Of a stretch of 64,000 bases of DNA, positions 61,864 to 64,000 are shown piece after piece (positions within the stretch are counted from its first letter, which is position 1; the number at the start of each line of letters is the position of its first letter). Under the pieces are notes generated by a model. That model worked only from the letters and a program-made list of their open reading frames with translations, did not search any database and was not told the DNA's origin. Position numbers and translations under genes: made by a program. Source of the stretch: Malacoraja senta. Its lineage: Eukaryota. The stretch is from NCBI GenBank assembly GCA_038087875.1, contig CM075977.1:310496001-310560000 (forward strand), given 5' to 3'.

Positions 61864-63699
61864 CAAACTTTAGTGTGACTCCTTTTAACTTTCACATCTA
61901 CAGGACCTCTCTGTGTTCCAAAGGGTACTCTGTTTTTTTTAAATAAATCTAAGATTCAGTTCTCCCATATGAGAATTACTAAATTATTAGGGGGTCATTC
62001 TGCTTTGGAAGACCTCATTAAACATTTGTACCTTTGCAGCATAGATCAAAGAAATGAAACCTAGTTCTTGAAAGACCTTGAAGGATATACCACCGTCCGT
62101 GTCCTATTTCCATGCTCCTGATCAGAGGCACTTTCAGCACATAATGAGCCAAAGCAAAAAAAGTGATTGTTTTTACACAGATGTTGAAATATTCTACTTA
62201 GTCAAATTGCACAACTTATTATGGTAATCAAATTGGAATAATATATTTTTAACTGCTTTCAGGGTTAAAAAAAAATCAGAAGAAGGAAGGAAATGAGAAG
62301 TTGGATACAAATTTACAATGAAGTGCGAAACCTAAGAGCGAAATGAACAGCTATGTGGCAACTCAATCTAAATGTGGAGAACAAACTGATATATTTTGGC
62401 AATGATGAGAGGTCATGTAAGCTCAATAGTACAATGTTAAATAGGAACAGAGATACCCGACAATGTATATTGAGATGATGATCTCTGAAATTTGTACCAT
62501 TGCATATCTGGGATTCCTATAATATTGATCATCCATTTTGAGGGATCATTGTTTGGTTTTCCTTGCACTATAAAATCATATCCTTTAGGATCTGACAGCC
62601 CCAGGAGTTAGATAAACTTGTGAAGCAACTGTGCATGTGTTATTAGCACCAATCTTGCAAATAAGTGGTCTGACAATTATTAAAAATCACCAATAAATCT
62701 TCCTGGTTCAAGAAATGTTTAAAAAACATTTAAAAAAAAGACCCATTGGTTTTAGAATTCTTACTTTTCTTAAATGTCCCTTTTCTTTCTCCTTCTCTCT
62801 CTCTCCTGCCACTACCACATAAACAAACCTTCCCTCATCTCACTCTGTAATCCTGATTTAGATTCTATTTCAACCACATCAGTCCTTCCTCTTGTATTTC
62901 TAATCCCGTTGGTTAAGTGGATATACTCCAGGTGCCACAGACCTCTGCTGTGCTCAACATCCCACTATCAGTTTACACTTTCACTAGCTCCTGCTTTAAT
63001 GACTCTTGAAGCTGATGGGTATGGGAGAAGGTTGCTGATAGAGCAGGCATGAGGAGCCAAATGGCTTCCTCCTGCTGCTATGTCCTATGTTTGTTTCATG
63101 GAGAGGACCATGAGATGTCTTGCCCCAACAAAATTTAGAACACATTACCTCTTAAGCAATTAAATTAAATCAAAATGTTAAGACAAATATAACTCATATA
63201 TAGCTTGATAACTATGGCTACAACATACACGGGAGTCAGTGAAAAGAGTAAATATTACACTTTATAAATTCTTGGCTATGTTAACAGCTAATGTTGCCTT
63301 GTTTGACGTTAAACACAGTGAACAGGTTGGAAAGGAGTCAATAGGGCTATGGCAAACAACAAATATGGTTGCTATGATATGAATGTTGTGATTGTTTAGA
63401 TTGAAGTTAATTGTTTGTGAAGCATTGCACTTTCATACAGTTAGGGCACATATTCTGTGAAATCTGTCACGGTTAGATATTCTTCAGAATTATGAGAATC
63501 TCCACTTCAATTGAATGTTCAGTGTAACGTGCCGCAGAGGATATTTAGGCTTTGGATGGACAATTAATGACGATAAAATAACTGATTGGGATTTGACACA
63601 ACCGATAGTGTTTTGCTCAAAATTCCAGTATCTGCACTACCTTGCATTTCCATTATTCATTGCTAATGCATTTATGTATCTAACCTAATTAGTAAGATG

Positions 63700-63853
63700 G
63701 GTAGGAAGGAACTGCAGATGCTAATTTAAACCGAAGATAGACACAAAAAGGTGGAGAAGGTCTGAAAAAGGGTCTCGACCCGTAACGTCACCCATTCCTT
63801 CTCGACAGAGATTCTGCCTGTCCCGCTGAGTTACTCCAGCATTTTGTGGCTAT
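63700..63853. mobile_element. Penelope-derived short element with inverted arms
   Basis: 15-bp TSD CTAATTAGTAAGATG/CTAATTATTAAGATG (63685-63699, 63854-63868). Confidence 0.8.
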
Positions 63854-64000
63854 CTAATTATTAAGATGTTCACACAAGTAGTATGAAAACAAGTCAGTGA
63901 CTAACATATTGCAATATGTAGTCATATTGAGATTCTATTACTTTCCACGCAAAGAATGATGTTAGTTGGTAATCAAAAGGTCACAACTGAAAAGGGAGAG

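Overview
Repeat-dense eukaryotic (vertebrate) genomic DNA, about 64 kb of intronic or intergenic sequence. The repeat set (CR1 LINEs, HE1-like tRNA/V-domain SINEs, Rex1/Babar, L2, Penelope-like elements with hammerhead motifs) points to a cartilaginous fish, probably a skate or ray (inference). I could not identify a host protein-coding exon with confidence. Almost all long ORFs in the track are decayed transposon ORFs or minisatellite read-through. Main structures: (1) non-autonomous Helitrons with TC...hairpin-CTAG ends, whose body is two repeated cassettes, each a TATA/ETS/Inr core-promoter-like module followed by its own 41-51 bp minisatellite array; (2) about a dozen Penelope-derived short insertions carrying a minimal hammerhead-ribozyme motif, many palindromic and several flanked by 10-17 bp target-site duplications, plus two GIY-YIG endonuclease remnants; (3) a 2.9-kb Gypsy LTR element that keeps gag, protease and integrase but has lost RT/RNase H; (4) non-autonomous DNA transposons with 5-bp and 7-bp TSDs; (5) multi-level nesting (CR1 tail > Helitron > hAT > CR1); (6) a U6 snRNA pseudogene. 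There are two fixed 200-N assembly gaps. Coordinates of decayed LINE fragments are approximate.
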